Shown here piece after piece: positions 62,533 to 64,000 of a stretch of DNA of 64,000 nucleotides. Made by a program: the position numbers and the translations under genes. Each line of letters starts with the position of its first letter. Positions within the stretch are counted from its first letter, which is position 1. The stretch lies in sequence record DRR723986_1321; one strand, written 5' to 3'. The notes below the pieces were generated by a model. That model was not told the origin of the DNA. It saw only the letters and a list, made by a program, of their open reading frames with translations, and made no database searches.

Positions 62533-64000
62533 GTGTTCGAGGGTCTCGAGACAGGGAAGAAGATCAAGAGCAGCGAGTTCAGCACGCTGAAGCAGGCCCT
62601 GCGCCCCGAACTGGTGAAAACCCAGTTTGAATTGCGGGACCGGGACTACCCGGTGTTCATCCTGATGGGGGGCTTCGACGGGGCCGGCAAGGGCGCCGTG
62701 GTCCACCGACTCAATGAGTGGATGGACCCGAGGCTGATCGAAACCTCCGCGTTCTGGATGCACTCGGACGAGGAGGAATCCAGGCCCTTCTACTGGCGCT
62801 TCTGGCGCCGCATGCCGACGCGCGGGCGGATCGGGATATTTCTCCAGTCCTGGTATACCGAGCCCTGCTACAAGGCAATGGAGGGCGAGTTGTCCGACGC
62901 GGAGTTCGGCGACGCGATGCGTGAGATCGAGGCCTTTGAACGCATGCTGACCGACGACGGTGCCCTGCTGATCAAAATCTGGCTACACGTCAGCCGGGAG
63001 ACCCAGCGCCTGCAATTGGCCGAGGAAGCGCCCAAGAAGCAGCAAAACCCCAGGGTCCCCGGTGACCCAGAGGACTGGTGGAACCGCTATCCCCGGGGCC
63101 TGGAAGTCGCCGAGATGGCCCTGCACGCAACCGATACCAGCCACAGCCCCTGGCACCTGGTCGAAGCGGAAGACCGTAACTACCGGGATATCACCGTGGC
63201 CGGCCTGGTGCTGGATGCGATGCAAAATCGAGCGCGGCTGGCCGCGCCGGAGCGCAACGCCGCCCGGGTCAGGCACAGCACCAGCGCGGACCAGCCTACC
63301 ATTCTGGACAAGATTGACCTCAACCAGGTCCTGTCACGGGACGACTACCATGTTGCCGTCGACCGCTACCAGTCAGAGTTACAGGACCTGGCGTGGAAGG
63401 CACTGCGCAAGCAGCGCTCAGTCGTCGCCGTTTTCGAGGGTTGGGACGCGGCAGGCAAGGGTTCGGCAATCCGTCGGGTCACCGGCGCGGTCGATCCGCG
63501 CCTGTATCACCTGGTGCAGTTCGCGGCCCCCACTGACGAGGAGCGCGCTCATCACTACCTGTGGCGCTTCTGGCGCCAGATCGAGCGTGACGGCATTGCC
63601 ACCCTGTTTGATCGCTCCTGGTACGGACGGGTACTGGTGGAGCGGGTCGAAGGCTTTGCCCGCCCGGATGAATGGCAGCGCGCCTACAACGAGATCAACC
63701 AGTTCGAAAGCCAGCTGCGGGAGCATGGCACGATCGTGCTCAAGTTCTGGCTGCACATCAGCAAAGACGAGCAGCTGAGGCGCTTTGAGGCGCGCGAGCA
63801 GGAAGCGCACAAGCAGCACAAGATTACCGATGAAGACTGGCGCAACCGCGATAAGTGGCGCGACTATGAGCTGGCGGTGGAAGACATGATCACCCACACC
63901 AGCACCCGGGATGCACCATGGACCCTGGTGCCCGGCAACGACAAGCTGTTTGCTCGCATCCACATCCTCAAAACCTATTGCGACGCCCTGCGCGCAGCCC
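62533..64000 (+). CDS. pap: Polyphosphate:AMP phosphotransferase (two-domain PPK2), 3' truncated; absent from the ORF track
   Basis: Manual translation from GTG 62533 gives MFEGLETG..., GFDGAGKG, then a second domain with FEGWDAAGKG, LFDRSWYGRVLVERVEG, KITDEDWRNR. Confidence 0.92.
   Translation, partial: MFEGLETGKKIKSSEFSTLKQALRPELVKTQFELRDRDYPVFILMGGFDGAGKGAVVHRLNEWMDPRLIETSAFWMHSDEEESRPFYWRFWRRMPTRGRIGIFLQSWYTEPCYKAMEGELSDAEFGDAMREIEAFERMLTDDGALLIKIWLHVSRETQRLQLAEEAPKKQQNPRVPGDPEDWWNRYPRGLEVAEMALHATDTSHSPWHLVEAEDRNYRDITVAGLVLDAMQNRARLAAPERNAARVRHSTSADQPTILDKIDLNQVLSRDDYHVAVDRYQSELQDLAWKALRKQRSVVAVFEGWDAAGKGSAIRRVTGAVDPRLYHLVQFAAPTDEERAHHYLWRFWRQIERDGIATLFDRSWYGRVLVERVEGFARPDEWQRAYNEINQFESQLREHGTIVLKFWLHISKDEQLRRFEAREQEAHKQHKITDEDWRNRDKWRDYELAVEDMITHTSTRDAPWTLVPGNDKLFARIHILKTYCDALRAA

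Noticed and set aside
1-64000. CRISPR arrays, tRNA/rRNA, IS elements, integrases, prophage or defence genes
   Set aside because: None seen. Nearly all sequence is accounted for by identifiable CDSs, and I noticed no regular repeats or compositional island.

Overview
This is a GC-rich (about 60-65% by eye), densely coding chromosomal window from a gammaproteobacterium. Gene content and order suggest Cellvibrionales/Halieaceae (OM60/NOR5-like), which is an inference. Positions 1-30.7 kb are conserved core genome: folD, cysS, glnS, ppiB, lpxH, miaE, acnB, a moxR-DUF58-transglutaminase operon, and a long minus-strand run leuCDB-asd-fimV-truA-trpFBA-accD-folC-dedD-cvpA-purF-metZ with a divergent LysR regulator. 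Positions 30.7-64 kb are more accessory: rlmKL, an XRE-HTH protein, an HpnN/MMPL-type RND transporter, two unknown lipoproteins, a FadE26/FadE27 (ChsE4/ChsE5)-like acyl-CoA dehydrogenase pair, two LLM oxidoreductases, ppdK, an aminotransferase, a YiaD-like OmpA lipoprotein, tamAB and a truncated polyP:AMP phosphotransferase. I found no rRNA, tRNA, CRISPR, IS or phage genes. The most notable signals are non-coding. (1) A cluster of DnaA boxes plus a perfect IHF site lies between two convergent genes at about 32.83-33.06 kb, an architecture like the E. coli DARS2/datA replication-control loci. (2) Two HexR-type palindromes lie upstream of ppdK. A possible sterol/lipid-handling neighbourhood at 35-49 kb also deserves a look. 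All family assignments come from motif recognition by eye; no searches were run.
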